In this document: piece by piece, positions 1 to 13,000 of the stretch
Position numbering within the stretch: the first letter of the stretch is position 1
Layout: every line of letters begins with the position of its first letter
Origin: Malacoraja senta
Taxonomy: Eukaryota
Direction of reading: 5' to 3'
Assembly (NCBI GenBank): GCA_038087875.1
Contig: CM075988.1
Coordinates: 15,688,001 to 15,748,000, forward strand
Length of the DNA stretch: 60,000 nucleotides
The notes under the pieces: model-generated
The model's input: only the letters and a program-made list of their open reading frames with translations
What the model was told of the DNA's origin: nothing
Database searches by the model: none
Made by a program: the position numbers and the translations under genes

Positions 1-983
1 TTATTATGTCTGCCAATATTTTGTGCTTAAATCTCTGAAGTTGGGCTTGAATCCACCATCCTTCTGGCTCGGAGATTAAAGTGCTACCACAGAACCAAGA
101 CTGTCACCTAAATTGACAGAGGGCTAGGGTAGGCTGGAGATTAATACTTTTTCTCAACTCCTAAACCCACTTGCTGCAAGTGAGATTCTCTAAGATCAGT
201 CATAGGTACCTTGCTATTGGCTATTATTCCCCTAAACTACCAGCAATTTCATCACAACTTTCCTCCATTAAAAAACACGTGTTGTCATCCTTCATAGTTG
301 CTCATCTCTGAGTATCTGTCGTTCAATAAATGAACTTCCTGAACCACTTCATTAGATTTCAGACAGCATCACATTGCAGTGTCAGTTATTGTCTATTCTG
401 TTTAAAAAAAAAATTGAAACATGATCAATTCATTTAACATTATCAATTAATCTGTGCATCAAATTCCTCAAAACAAAAGACACGATTAGAATTACTGAAT
501 GTAGCAATGATCAAGGTATAAGGAAGCAGAATGGCAATTGTTAATCGGTGGAGAAGGAATGGTCCTGGAGTAATTTTCACACTTGTACACAGGTTGCCAT
601 TTCACTGCAAGACGAAGAAGTGCCCAAGCGACTCCTGAAGTGAGAAGATCCTTTGTCAAGTGACTCTTCCATAAATTGAATTGAAAGTCCCCTGAAGAAC
701 TGATCAACGGATGCAATGTTTCAAGTGCAATCCATATAAAAACACTTTACAGCTGAACAAGGTCCTCCACGAGCAGGAAAGTGGTTCCTTTGCTTTGGCC
801 AACTTAATAGCTACTGTTCATCTGTAAGACAGTTAGTTCAATTAACAAATTGAATTTAAAAATAGCTTTAAGTTGTTAAAATTAAGTGAGAAGATGGAAA
901 ATATAGGTTTGTCTTATTTTGATGCAGCAAGCAGGAATACAAAGAACCACCCTGACATCAGCAGCCCAGGTCATCCAACTTCA

Positions 984-1091
984 TTACTCTTCATTGAAGT
1001 CTCCTTCCTCTACTTGTCTTTCATACACGAAAAGATCAGCCATGTCCTCGTCCATATGTTCACTCATTTCTGTCAGGATCACATTGAGCGC
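984..1091 (-). CDS. Gene A terminal exon (ALNVILTEMSEHMDEDMADLFVYERQVEEGDFNEE*)
   Basis: Acceptor ttgaacag|GCG, phase 0, ends in TAA. Confidence 0.8.
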   Translation of the reverse strand, partial: ALNVILTEMSEHMDEDMADLFVYERQVEEGDFNEE

Positions 1092-4000
1092 CTGTTCAAG
1101 ATAAACAGAGGACAATCATTAATTCAATGGTGCCTCACTGACAATCTCACTGCAGGGTGGTGGACAGTGTTACACCATAGAATTCTTATTTTCTCCTCAT
1201 AACATTCAATGCACATACAACGTCAAAAAGCCCGTAGCGTGTCAGGAGGCACAAGAGACTGCAGATGTTGGAATCTGGAGCAAAAATCAAACCGCTGAAG
1301 GAACTCAGTGGGTCAGGCAGTATTTGTAGGCGGAAACAGAGAGATAATGCTTTGGTTTCACACTGAAGGGTTCCGACCTAAAATGTTGTCAATCCACAGA
1401 TGCTGCCCAGCACAATAAGCTTCTTAGCGGTTTGTTGTTACTTTAACTTGTCAAGCCAGTTCAAAGTGACTATGTGTCCATGTATAATCAGGGTGGGAAC
1501 TGAACTAAGTCTGGAGTAGATTATTGGAAATCCGGTTTGAAGCTCGAGGGATTTTTATTGTAAATAACTTGTGCTGTATTTGTTCTAAGGGTATTTGGGG
1601 ACGTAGTGTTGAGCAGCTAGCTTGTTGCTGCTAATGGATGCTGGAAGAGCAAATTGTTTTTTTTTTAATCCCCTGCCTTGATAATTGTAAAAATAATAAA
1701 TGAAAATTATTATTGAGAAAAATAATGGCTTTACAGAAGGGGATTGATATAAAATCCCAAAAGGAATTACTGGGAATCAGTTGTAAAAAATATGGACTCA
1801 CCACATCAGTAAAAGCCTTCACATGGTAATCCTTCAGTGCCACATTGTCAATGGTTGTACAATTGTAATGGCTAATGCTGAGGTACTGGTCCAAAAGGAT
1901 GTCAAGCATTGAACCTGAAAAAGGATGAGGTAACTCTTCTCAGCTATCAACCAGCAAAGAAAGATCCTGTGACAAAATAAACGAAACATTCATTGCGAAC
2001 TTGCTTGAGAATACACCTGCTCAGCTCTGACGCAGTGCTATCATTCTCAGCTGACTGGAAGTTATGAACTCTTGCTCTTCAGTGCAATTATAAATCAATT
2101 AGTATCTCCAAATAGAATTCCCCCCATTTCTTCACATCCTGCCATCTTTTCTACATAATATTCTGGGTTTTGGGCTGCAAATTCTGCAACATGTCCTCAG
2201 CAACAAAAAAGATACAGAGGAAAGGATGGACAATAGACAATAGGTGCAGGAGTAGGCCATTCGCCCCTTCGAGCCAGCATCGCCATTCAATGTGATCATG
2301 GCTGATCATCCCCAATCAGTACCCCATTCCTGCCTTCTCCCCATATCCCCTGACCGCTATTTTTAAGAGCCCAATCTAGCTCTCTCTTGAAAGCATCCAG
2401 AGAAACTGCCTCCATCGCCCTCTGAGGCAAATAATTCCACAGACTCACCACTGTGAGAAAAAGTGTTTCCTCGTCTCCATTCTAAATGGCTTACTCCATA
2501 TTCTTAAACTGTGGCCCCTGGTTCTGGACTCCCCCAACATCTGGAACATGTTTCCTGCCTCTAGCGTGTCCAAACCCTTAACAATCTTATATGTTTCAAT
2601 GAGATTCCCTCTCATTCTTCTAAACTCCAGAGTGTACAAGCCCAGCTGCTCCATTCTCTCAGCATATGACAGTCCTGCCATCCCGGGAATTAATCTTGTA
2701 AACCTATGCTGCACTCCCTCAATAGCAAGAATGTCCTTCCTCAAATTAGGGGACCAAAACTGCACACAATACTCCAGGTGTGGTCTCACTAGGGTTCTGT
2801 ACAACTGCAGGGTTCTTCACCTGCATGCTTACTTTCATAGACTGATGAACAAGGAACCCCAGATCCCGTTGTACTTCCCCTTTTCCCAACTTGACGCCAT
2901 TTAGATAGTAATCTGCCTTCCTGATTTTACTACCAAAGTGGATAACCTCACATTTATTCGCATTAAACTTCATCTACCATGCATCTGCCCACTCCCCCAA
3001 CCTGTCCAAGTTACCCTGCATTCTCATAGCATCCTCCTCACAGCTCACACTGCCACCCAGCTTTGTGTCATCTGCAAATTTGCTAATGTTACTTTGAATC
3101 CCTTCATCCAAATCATTGATGTATATTGTAAATAGCTGCTGTCCCAGCACCGAGCCTTGCGGTACCCCACTAATCACTACCTGCCATTTTGAAAGGGACC
3201 CATTAATCCCTACTCTTTGTTTCCTGTCTGCCAACCACTTCTCTATCCATGTCAGCACTCTACCCCCAATACCATGTGCCCTAATTTTGCCCACTAATCT
3301 CCTATGTGGGACCTTATCAAATGCTTTCTGAAAGTCCAGGTACACTACCATCCACTGGCTCTCCCTTGTCCATTTTCCTAGTTACATCTTCAAAAAATTC
3401 CAGAAGATTAGTCAAGCATGATTTGCCCTTTGTAAATCCATGCTGACTCGGACCGATCCTGTTACTGCTATCCAAATGTTCGGCTATCTCATCTTTTATA
3501 ATTGACTCCAGCATCTTCCCCACCACCGATGTCAGGCTAACTGGTCTACAATTCTCTGTTTTCACTCTCCCGCCTTTTTTTTTTTTAAGTGGGATAACAT
3601 TAGCTACCCTCCAATCCACAGGAACTGATCCTGAGTCTATAGAACAATGGAAAATTATCACCAATGCATCCACGATTTCTAGAGCCACTTCCTTAAGTAC
3701 CCTGGGATGCAGACCATCAGGCCCTGGGGATTTATCAGCCTTCAGCTTATGAGATGGAATCTCATAAGCACTCATATGTCCCTCATCCTTTGCTGGGAAA
3801 CCTTTGGCAACATGTTACAACAAACTCAGCATGTGGGCAGAAAAATGGGAAAGCCCAAGATACAGCACTGTTGCTCCATTGTCAGTACATTGTTAGTTGC
3901 TTATCCCAAGCTTTCTGCTGTGTGTGGGTGTGAGCAGAATACAACTTACTGTCTAATAACATCCTGTCCAGCTCAACCTCTTCAGAGAATGCTCTCCCTT

Positions 4001-7000
4001 CATTTCCCAAAGCCTTCAACATAATCTCCAAAAGAAACATGTCAATCAGTCGCTTCCCAGCATATGTTCTGACCTGCACAGACGTATGCTAATTAGTAAT
4101 GCTTGATTATGCATGTGGTTTTACAAAATATTGTTCATTGATATATTCACGTCCTACATTTACAGATTCTACCATCTCTTACATAAAATACAGCATATCT
4201 AGATGAATCCATTTCCTACACAATGTCAACAATGCATTTATTCACTATCAATAAACATCAGGTGCAAGTCCCGATGGATCCTGGCCTGGGTCTTTGCAGG
4301 AGCCAAAAGTGGCGATAATATTTATTGCTTTTCATGGCTGTCCCCATGAAAATTCTCCAAGTGACAGGAGATACACTTCCATTGTATTTATAACATTCAC
4401 CTTAATCCCTCAAACTTTGGCCGAATCAGCACTGGAATGAATCTTGGCACTAACATTTGAATTAATGATCTACAACTTAAAAACATTTGATTGAAGAAGT
4501 CATAGGCATCCTCTGCATTTCTTCAGAGGTATACTGCATAACAGAAATTACCAGCCAGATATTGACTGCAGAATGACATTAATAAAGCAGAAATGTCCTG
4601 AATGAGCATATGGGTATCCTTGTCAGCGATCACGAATTAGTGACCCAAATGTTTGTTATTTTCCCTTCCCAAGAGCAGGAATGCAAGGCCAATTTTATTG
4701 CTCAAAGTGCTGGAATTGCTTACTCTGACTTTATAATCTAATGCTGTAATTCAGTGTCCACTCACCCCAGTAAGAGCAGAACATTGGATAGAATTTTTTA
4801 CAAATACTTTTTTGGTATGACTGTATGGCAAACCAAATTCCTCACATGTTGCAAAACATACTTGGCTAATAAATTACGATTATGATATAATGATTATAAT
4901 ATGATACAAGGGATCCATCACCATCACCTCTTACCTCCCCTAGCTGCTGTTCATATACTTTAGAGGCATGTTCACTTAACTCTTGCAGTGCAACATGCCT
5001 CATTTCCTCATCTAACATGCCTGGAAGGATATCTTCCTGCAGGATCTCCTCCAGCAGCACCTCATTTACTGCTTCTTTCACCTGTGAGGTTAATAAGTGG
5101 GGTTAATTTGATCAGTGGTTGTGCAGTTACAGACACCTACTGTATGAGTACACTTAGATGGATTTATACAAGTAGGAAAACTACTTGTATAAATCGGTGG
5201 GCGGCGCGACTCTCGTTTGCAGCGGCCTCTGCAGTCCGTCTGTCTTTTTTATTATTTTTGTCTCGTTTTTATGTAGTTTTTTATTTTTGTTGTTGTCGGG
5301 GTATGTGTGTTGTGGGGGGGGGGTGGGGGTGGGGGGGGGAAACTTTAAAATCTTTCCCCTGCACGGGAGACCCGACCTTTTCTTTGTCGGGTCTCCGTTG
5401 TCGTTGGGGCTGGGCAACGTGGAGCGGCCTCCAGCAGGAACGACCTGGGGCTCCAGTTGTGGAGCTGCGGACTACTCACCGTCGCAGGGCTGGCCGAGTC
5501 CGGAGCGGGTGGAGCTGTGGTGGAAACAATCGCTGCTGCTACCCGACCCCCGGAGATTCGGAGGCTACAACCGCGGGTCTGGCGGACGGCAACACCGGAA
5601 GCCCGCGGGTCCCCTGGGGGGAGACCGCTTTTCGGGGCTTCCGCAGCGGCGACTTCTCCCGCCCGAGTTGCGGGGTTGAAGAGCACCTGGAGCGGGGCTT
5701 TATCCCCCCGCGCGGCTTGGAATGGCCGCCGGACTTTGCGAGCGCGCGCCAGGGCTCTAACACCAAGACCCGGTGCGCGACCCTGCATTACCCGGCGTGG
5801 CTTTAATGGCCGCGGGATAATCACCATCGCCCGCCGGGGGCTTTGACTTTGACTCTGACATCGGGGGGGGGGGGGGGGGGAGTGCAGTGGAGAGATACTT
5901 TTTTTTGCCTTCCATCACAGCGCTGTGATGGATGTATGTGTAAATTGTGTTGTGTCTCGGGTCTTCTTCGTTTTGAAATGCATGGCTGCAGAAACGACAT
6001 TTCGTTTGGACCTCAAGGGGTCCAAATGACAAATTTGTCCAAATGACAAATAAAATTGTATTGTATTGTATTGTACTACTACTTCTGCACTGTCAACAAT
6101 TCATAAACAGTAATGAAACAAACCCTATGATACTATTTTTGACAGTATCGATCAAGGAATAATATTTTCTGGAGAGGACTTTTCCTCTTTTTGCTGACCC
6201 AAGCTATTGAATTATTTGCTCAAGGTCCACTCTTAAAATGTGAGCCTAAATTCCAGTCCCACAATGTAGAGCAGTTATGGGGAATTTTTGCATGGTGAAG
6301 TCTTTTTGATGAGATGATTAAACAAGAACTTGAAAATCCAATGCTACTTTTGAAAAAAAGTGCTGATTATTATTATGCTCCCAACCGACATCATTGGTTT
6401 TTGCAAGTTCCCTCTGTGGTAACAATGATTACACTTCAGAGGTTCCATATCTACCATAGCTTAAAATCCATATTAAAACTTCACACATAATTTTTCCAGC
6501 AGGTAGTAAGCGTACAGGTTATGGGCTCAAGTGCCAACCCATAGACTTAATCGCAAAGGTCAAGGCTGATGCTTCAGTGGAGTACTGAAGGAGTACTGCA
6601 CTGCTGGGGGTTTATCTTTGCTGTGAGACATTCAGCAAAAAAACCTCAAAGGGAAGCAAAGAAATCCCTGCTTAATATCTAACCTTAATTAATGCAGAAA
6701 TACCTGATTTATTCTCACATTGCTACTGGCAGGAGGATGCTGTGCACAAAAGTTTTACCTTATGCATCAGTGACAATAATTTAAGCACACTCATTAATTG
6801 TGAGGTACTTTGAGGTGCACATAATCAAAAACAAAGGAACATTTTTCTTTACTTGCTTTTTTGAAATCCCAACAAATAAAATAAATTTTCTCCGACTATT
6901 ATTTTGATAGTATAATATGACAGAAATAATTTTTCAATGTGCTGCTGGGTCAATAACAGATTATCAACAAGGAAAATGTAACATGATACATTAACATTAA

Positions 7001-10000
7001 CGTGGTACTTCTCTGTCTAACAAGGAGACCTACAATTTGTGGCAGAATTGGTTTAATCGTCTCCTCTATTAGTTCTGTCAGAAATTCACTAATGATGAGA
7101 GTGGTCAGGTGAATGTTGGCAAACTCCTCAAGAACATTTCTGATCAATCCTCTTGTGAGATCACAGATTTCTTCATCCAACAATGTTTCCAATATTGACA
7201 CAGCTGGCCGTGGCTTGAATGCACCTAGTTGATCTATTCTGAAATATATAATTGGGACGTTTGAAAAATCACCCAGAATTTTTTTTAAATTTAAATCACA
7301 CCACAAGCTAAGAACAGATGAGTAGCAATTGGAGGACAAAACACTGCGAATATTGGAAATCAGAAACAAAAACAAAAATTGATGAAGGTACTTGGTGGGT
7401 CAAGCAGCATCAGTGGGAAGAGAGTCAAAGTCAGTAGGTCAAGGAACCTTCATCAGACCCCTGGAAAAGTGAGAAACTGTGTTAAGTTGCAGAGGGATGG
7501 AGAAGTGGAGAGATCATAGTGAACATCTGTGACAGGGTGCAGACAAAAAATATTAATAATTACTTTAAAAACTGACGGATGGAAACAGAACAAAGGGACA
7601 AATTGATAAAGAAAGGCACTGCCACATCTGCGGAGAGAATAAAGAGTATTTCCATGAACTGGTTCAATGTACTCGGAAGAATAACAAACTTACATAGAGC
7701 ATCATTGATAGAGTATTGTAGGAGGGCAAAGATAGATGTAAAATTGGTGTGGAATTGAGAACTAAAGTGAAAAGTAACAGGAATTTCAGGGATGTTCTTG
7801 CACACTGAATAGAAGCGTTTTGCAAAGAAGTGATCCAATCTTGATTGGTGATCCAAGCAAGGCAGAAGAGACTGCAGGCTAAATACAAAGCACTAAATTG
7901 GAAGATGTGCAACTGAATCAGTGCTTCTCCAGGATGGACTGCATTGGTCCTGGAAGATAGCATGGAAGAGATAAAAGGGCAGGAGTTGCATCTCCATTTG
8001 CATGGGAAAATGCCAAATAAATAAATAAAGTGAGGGAACGTCCACAGACAGCCCATATTTCCCAATCCCTTTCCCCACCATTGTGGTTTTTGAAGGGGAT
8101 ATGGATTATGTGCAGGTACATAAGCGAGGATATTGGCATTATGTTCGGCACAGACACTGTGTGCTGAAGGCCCTGTTCTTGTGCTGTACTGTTCAATTAA
8201 ACTTCCTGGATACAAACTGGTTACAGCATTTCTGACATTACAATTGTGACTGTGGTTCAAACGTATTTTATTGTGAATGACACTGGGGCATCAGGAACCT
8301 ATAAAAGGAACAGTGTAGATATTTCATTTATTCATTATACTTGCCGCAATTCATTCTGAATGTGAGATTTCTTCACCCTCTGTGCATATACCGGTTGATG
8401 CTGGGGAAAAAAAAAAAAGAAGCATATTTTTAAAACTTTTCAATGAGCTTATTGGCACAGAGAAATCATCAGACTGGGAAACGATGCAGCCTTTTTCCCT
8501 TTCTGTATTACTGACTTAGACATGGTCGTACATAATAACGATTTGTGGATCACACTAAGTTTGGAAATGTAGTAAACAGCAAAAATAGTAATAAACTACA
8601 AAACATATGGATTGAATGGCTTAAGATGTGGGCGGCATAAAAAATGTAGAGCGAATGGTGAACCAAAGTGGTTTATAAAATCACGATGGCTGTAGATAAG
8701 ATGAATAGCACAATCTTTTCCCCAGGATTGGCAAGTCTAATACTAATATTGGCTTGAGGTGAGAGGGAAAAAAATTAAAAAGAGATCTGAGGGGGCAGTC
8801 TTTTCACAAAGAGAGTGGTGTGTATATGAGAGGGCGCAGAGGATATGAAAATTCCAGAAAGGGTACAGAGATAATTTAGTAAAATAGTTTCAGGGACAAA
8901 GGATTTTAGCTCTAAGATTAAAGGAGATAATTTGCGGTTTGTTCTCCTTAGAGCAAACAAAAGATGAAGAGGAGATCTGATGAAGATGTACAAGAGCAGA
9001 TCCGTTGGCAGATGGTCCAAGGGCCAAGAAGCCAATGAATGCAAATCCAATGAATGAATCCAAAAAGGATGCATGGGGAATGTGAGATTTTCTTTCATGC
9101 AGAAAACACCAAATAATTGAAATTCACTGTCTAGACCCATGATGGACAAGGAATCAATCAGTGTCGTCAAAATAAAAAAAATAATAGGCATTTGTGAGAG
9201 AAATAATTATAGGAATATGAGGGGAAAAAAAGATTCCTCTGCAAGAAGTTGCCACAGACTCTTGGACGCAAATAGTTTCCTTCTCTATTATAATCATCCC
9301 AGAATTCTGTATTTGAAAGTTTAAATATGGGTTTCATACACAGGTGACTCCAAAAATCTTCAGATTCAAATTCGTGAATTGTTTCTTTCTAAACAACAGC
9401 TTCATGCACAATGATGCTGTTCATTCGCTCTGGTTCTAATGTGTAAATGTAAGGAAGGCAGGTTTTGGAATAATCACCAGATATTGTCTGTACGGACATT
9501 ATACAATAAATTGACCTTGAAACCGTATACAGACACAGAGGTCATAAAATGGGCTAGATGCAAAAGGTCTGGCTTAAAAGGTTATCACCTTAATAGAGCA
9601 ACAACCTGGGCATGATTGAAAGCTAATTATTAGTTAGATTTAGCTCTTAGGGCTAAAGGAATCGAGCACGCGATATGGGGAAAAAGCAGGAATGAGGTAC
9701 TGATTTTGGATTATCAGCCATGATCATATTGAACGGTGGTGTTGGTTCGAAGGGCCTACTCCTGCACCTATTTTCTATGTTTCTATTCCAATTTTTACGT
9801 GAGGAACGTTGGAAAAGGAGGGAGATGAACGATATATTAGGGAAAATTCAGCAGCGAGAAAGTATCTCAGCAAGCAGGGAACATCATCTGATTGAAGAGA
9901 GAAAAAGCTGCAGGACTCCGATGGGAGTCGCCCAAAATACTATCCATCAGCTGCAAAACAATGAACAAAATGTGCAAGGATAAAGCTCAGGGAACTGTAG

Positions 10001-13000
10001 CAAAAACATGAGGATCATTTGAGCGATTGTTAATTTCACATAGTCTTGGAGTTGTAGAACAGTTCAATAGACAATAGACAATAGGTGCAGGAGTAGGCCA
10101 TTTGGCCCTTCGAGCCAGCACCGCCATTCAATGTGATCATGGCTGATCATCCACAATCAGTACCCTGTTCCTGCCTTCTCCCCATATCCCTTGGCACTGC
10201 TATCTTTAAGAGCTCTATCTAACTCTCTTGAAAGCATCCAGAGAACCGCCTCCATCGCCTTCTGAGGCAGAGAATTCCACAGACTCACAACTCTCTGTGT
10301 GAAAAAGTATTTCCTCATATCCGTTCTAATCTGACATGAATTGAACATCGTCAGCATAGTCATTATTCTAAGATTTGACAAAACATTTGAGAGGGAGAAG
10401 AAAGGGTAACGAAGCAATGTTAGGAAAAAGTTAGGCAAACTTCTGTGGAATAAGAAATAAAGTGAGCACAGTAAACTGGGCCCAGCTGTTAATGTGTAAC
10501 CTTGGAGATAAACAATGGTGAACAAACAAGATAAGAAATAACTCTGCATTTACCATACATTGTAGATAAAATAATTTTGCTGCAATTTTCTCTACTGATA
10601 ACATTAATGCATTTTGTGAGTGCTATAGATCTCCCAGACTCCACCCCCCACTATGCACGCTCCATTTCCAGTATTGTACAACAAATCTAGTAGTTGAAAC
10701 AATTCCATCACAATCAACATTTATATTATATTTTTTAGCAAGGTTTACTGGAAAGCAGTTGGGTATCGGGCTACCTGGATTAAACATGGTAGCTACTTAT
10801 TCTGCAATCACGCAGTTTATCAGAAAACACAAACTAAGGTTAGAACTTTGTAGATCCTTCTGACAGTTACAATATATGACCCAAGTCTTCAGGAAATATC
10901 TTATTTGGAGTACAATACACAGGTTGATGTCCCACATTAGTGAGAAAATCCATCGTCCTTAGTAGTGTTCTCCATTTGAAATGCCATGTACAGTTTCACT
11001 CTCAATATTAATAAATACAGTTTGTTTACCATTTTAGTCCCCACATATCTTGGTCAAACCACTCATATCTTTGTCAGGCCACCCCATGTTATGCACAGTT
11101 GTACATATGCACATATTGTAAAAAAAGATTCAGAAACAATGGACAGAGATTAAAAACCAGTGACAAAGATGATAAAAGACCAAGACCATGTAGAAACATA
11201 GATATAGAAAAACAGAAAATAGGTGCAGGAGTAGGCCATTCAGCCCTTCGAGCTAGCACCGCCATTCAATATGATCATGGCTGATCATTCAAAATCAGTA
11301 CCCTGTTCCTGTTTTCTCCCCATATCCCTTGATTCCGTTAGCCCTAAGAGTTATATATATCTTGAATATAACCACTAGGATTAGGTATGTTACAATACTT
11401 ACCTTCAGCGGCACTGCAATTCTGCCACTGGCCGTGTGCGCGATTTTGGCGCCTTTGAGGGGGGGGGGGCGGGGTTAAAACGCGGGTTTCTCCTACCTTG
11501 TCCTGAATTATATTTCGTTGGAGTGCCAGCTTTTGCTGAAAAATCGTTCCGACGGGCGTTTTGCGTATTTTTTATTTTTATTCGATCGACAAGTTCAGCG
11601 CTGGAATTATTTTAAAATCAGCTTCGAAAGCCATCAACGTCGACAACGGGGACGGATTTCACGCACGGGACAGGTAAACGAAAGCAGTTTATTTTATGTA
11701 TAAAAGTGTTTCTTAACAGGCCTTTAATTCACATTTTTTAACGGTGATTCTTTTCCCCGAACTAACGGCAGAATTTTTCATGCCAATACGGGGTTAAATT
11801 CACCGCAAATCAACGTTCCAAATGATCGCGTTCCAGAAAAACCCACTCGCAAGATGATTTAAATGCCCATTAATTTACAGGTATTAAACATTAAATTCCT
11901 TCCATTTGGCCTATAAATCCATGACAATGAGATTAAAATATTATGTTATATTGTGAATTCTTGTGTGAATGTTATTTGGACACTTAGGCTATTTAAAAAT
12001 GTTAATCTATTCTTAAGAAATTGACAGATGTTTAGATCTAGTAATTGAATTTTGTAATTAGCTACAATTAGGTAACTAACTAATTATATGCTTTAATTTC
12101 ATGTCATCTAAGTAAGATTGTTTCATATTTGTTTCAGAATGCTTCAATCTATAATAACTGAAAATGTCTTTCAGTTCTCTTAATTTTTAAGAAAGTTATG
12201 GGCTTTTGACCGTCCTCGATCACAGCTTTTGTGTTAAGTCAATGGAAAAGCTTTAGGGAACAAGATGCTAATTTCCGAGTATGAAAATGGCCATAACCTT
12301 TTTAATACTGAAGATATGAAAGTGAATTAGGTGTCAAATTAAACTTCTTTTTATGCTTTATCTGATGGGATAAATTACAGACTTGATTTTTTAAATCTCA
12401 AAATTTTGCAACATTGCTACTAGGATGCACTTTCTCTTTGGAAAAGTGACAGTTACTATTATGGGAATAAACATAATTAATAAATCTAATTGAGAATTCA
12501 AGGGAAAATGTATTAAACTAAGAGTGGTAATTATGAAGGTCACGCTGCCGCAAGGAGTGTTAGTCGTGGATAGCAATGATATGTTTAATAAGCAGTCAGA
12601 TAGCGACGAGCAAAATAGTGATAAAAATAGAGGGATATGCTAACACAGTTGGACAAAATACATTGGAAAATAAATTCAAGTGTGGTACGAACATTGGAAT
12701 GTTTACGGCGAAAAGCGAAATTTAGCATTACAAACATTAGGTATAGAAATTATTACACAGCAATCATACGTCATCTGAATAAAACTTTATTTTGACATTG
12801 GAATATCTGCTCTGAGCAGTACCTTAGTGTTGTAACTTAATAGCAGTTCCATCAGGATGTCAGGCACCAATTTGTCTTGAATCACCTCCAAAATAATTGC
12901 ATCAACGAAGTACCAGGCAAGGTTTTCCTTGAAGGGATAGTAGGCTGTTAATTCCTGCAGTCAAATGGAATAATATTACATGGCCAGAGGACCTATCAAC

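Noticed and set aside
4988..6046. Cluster of long overlapping ORFs
   Set aside because: Expected from high GC in a repeat; low-complexity products with no domain.
9340..9440. Possible extra gene A exon (VHEAVV*KETIHEFESEDFW)
   Set aside because: In-frame TAG and incompatible phase.
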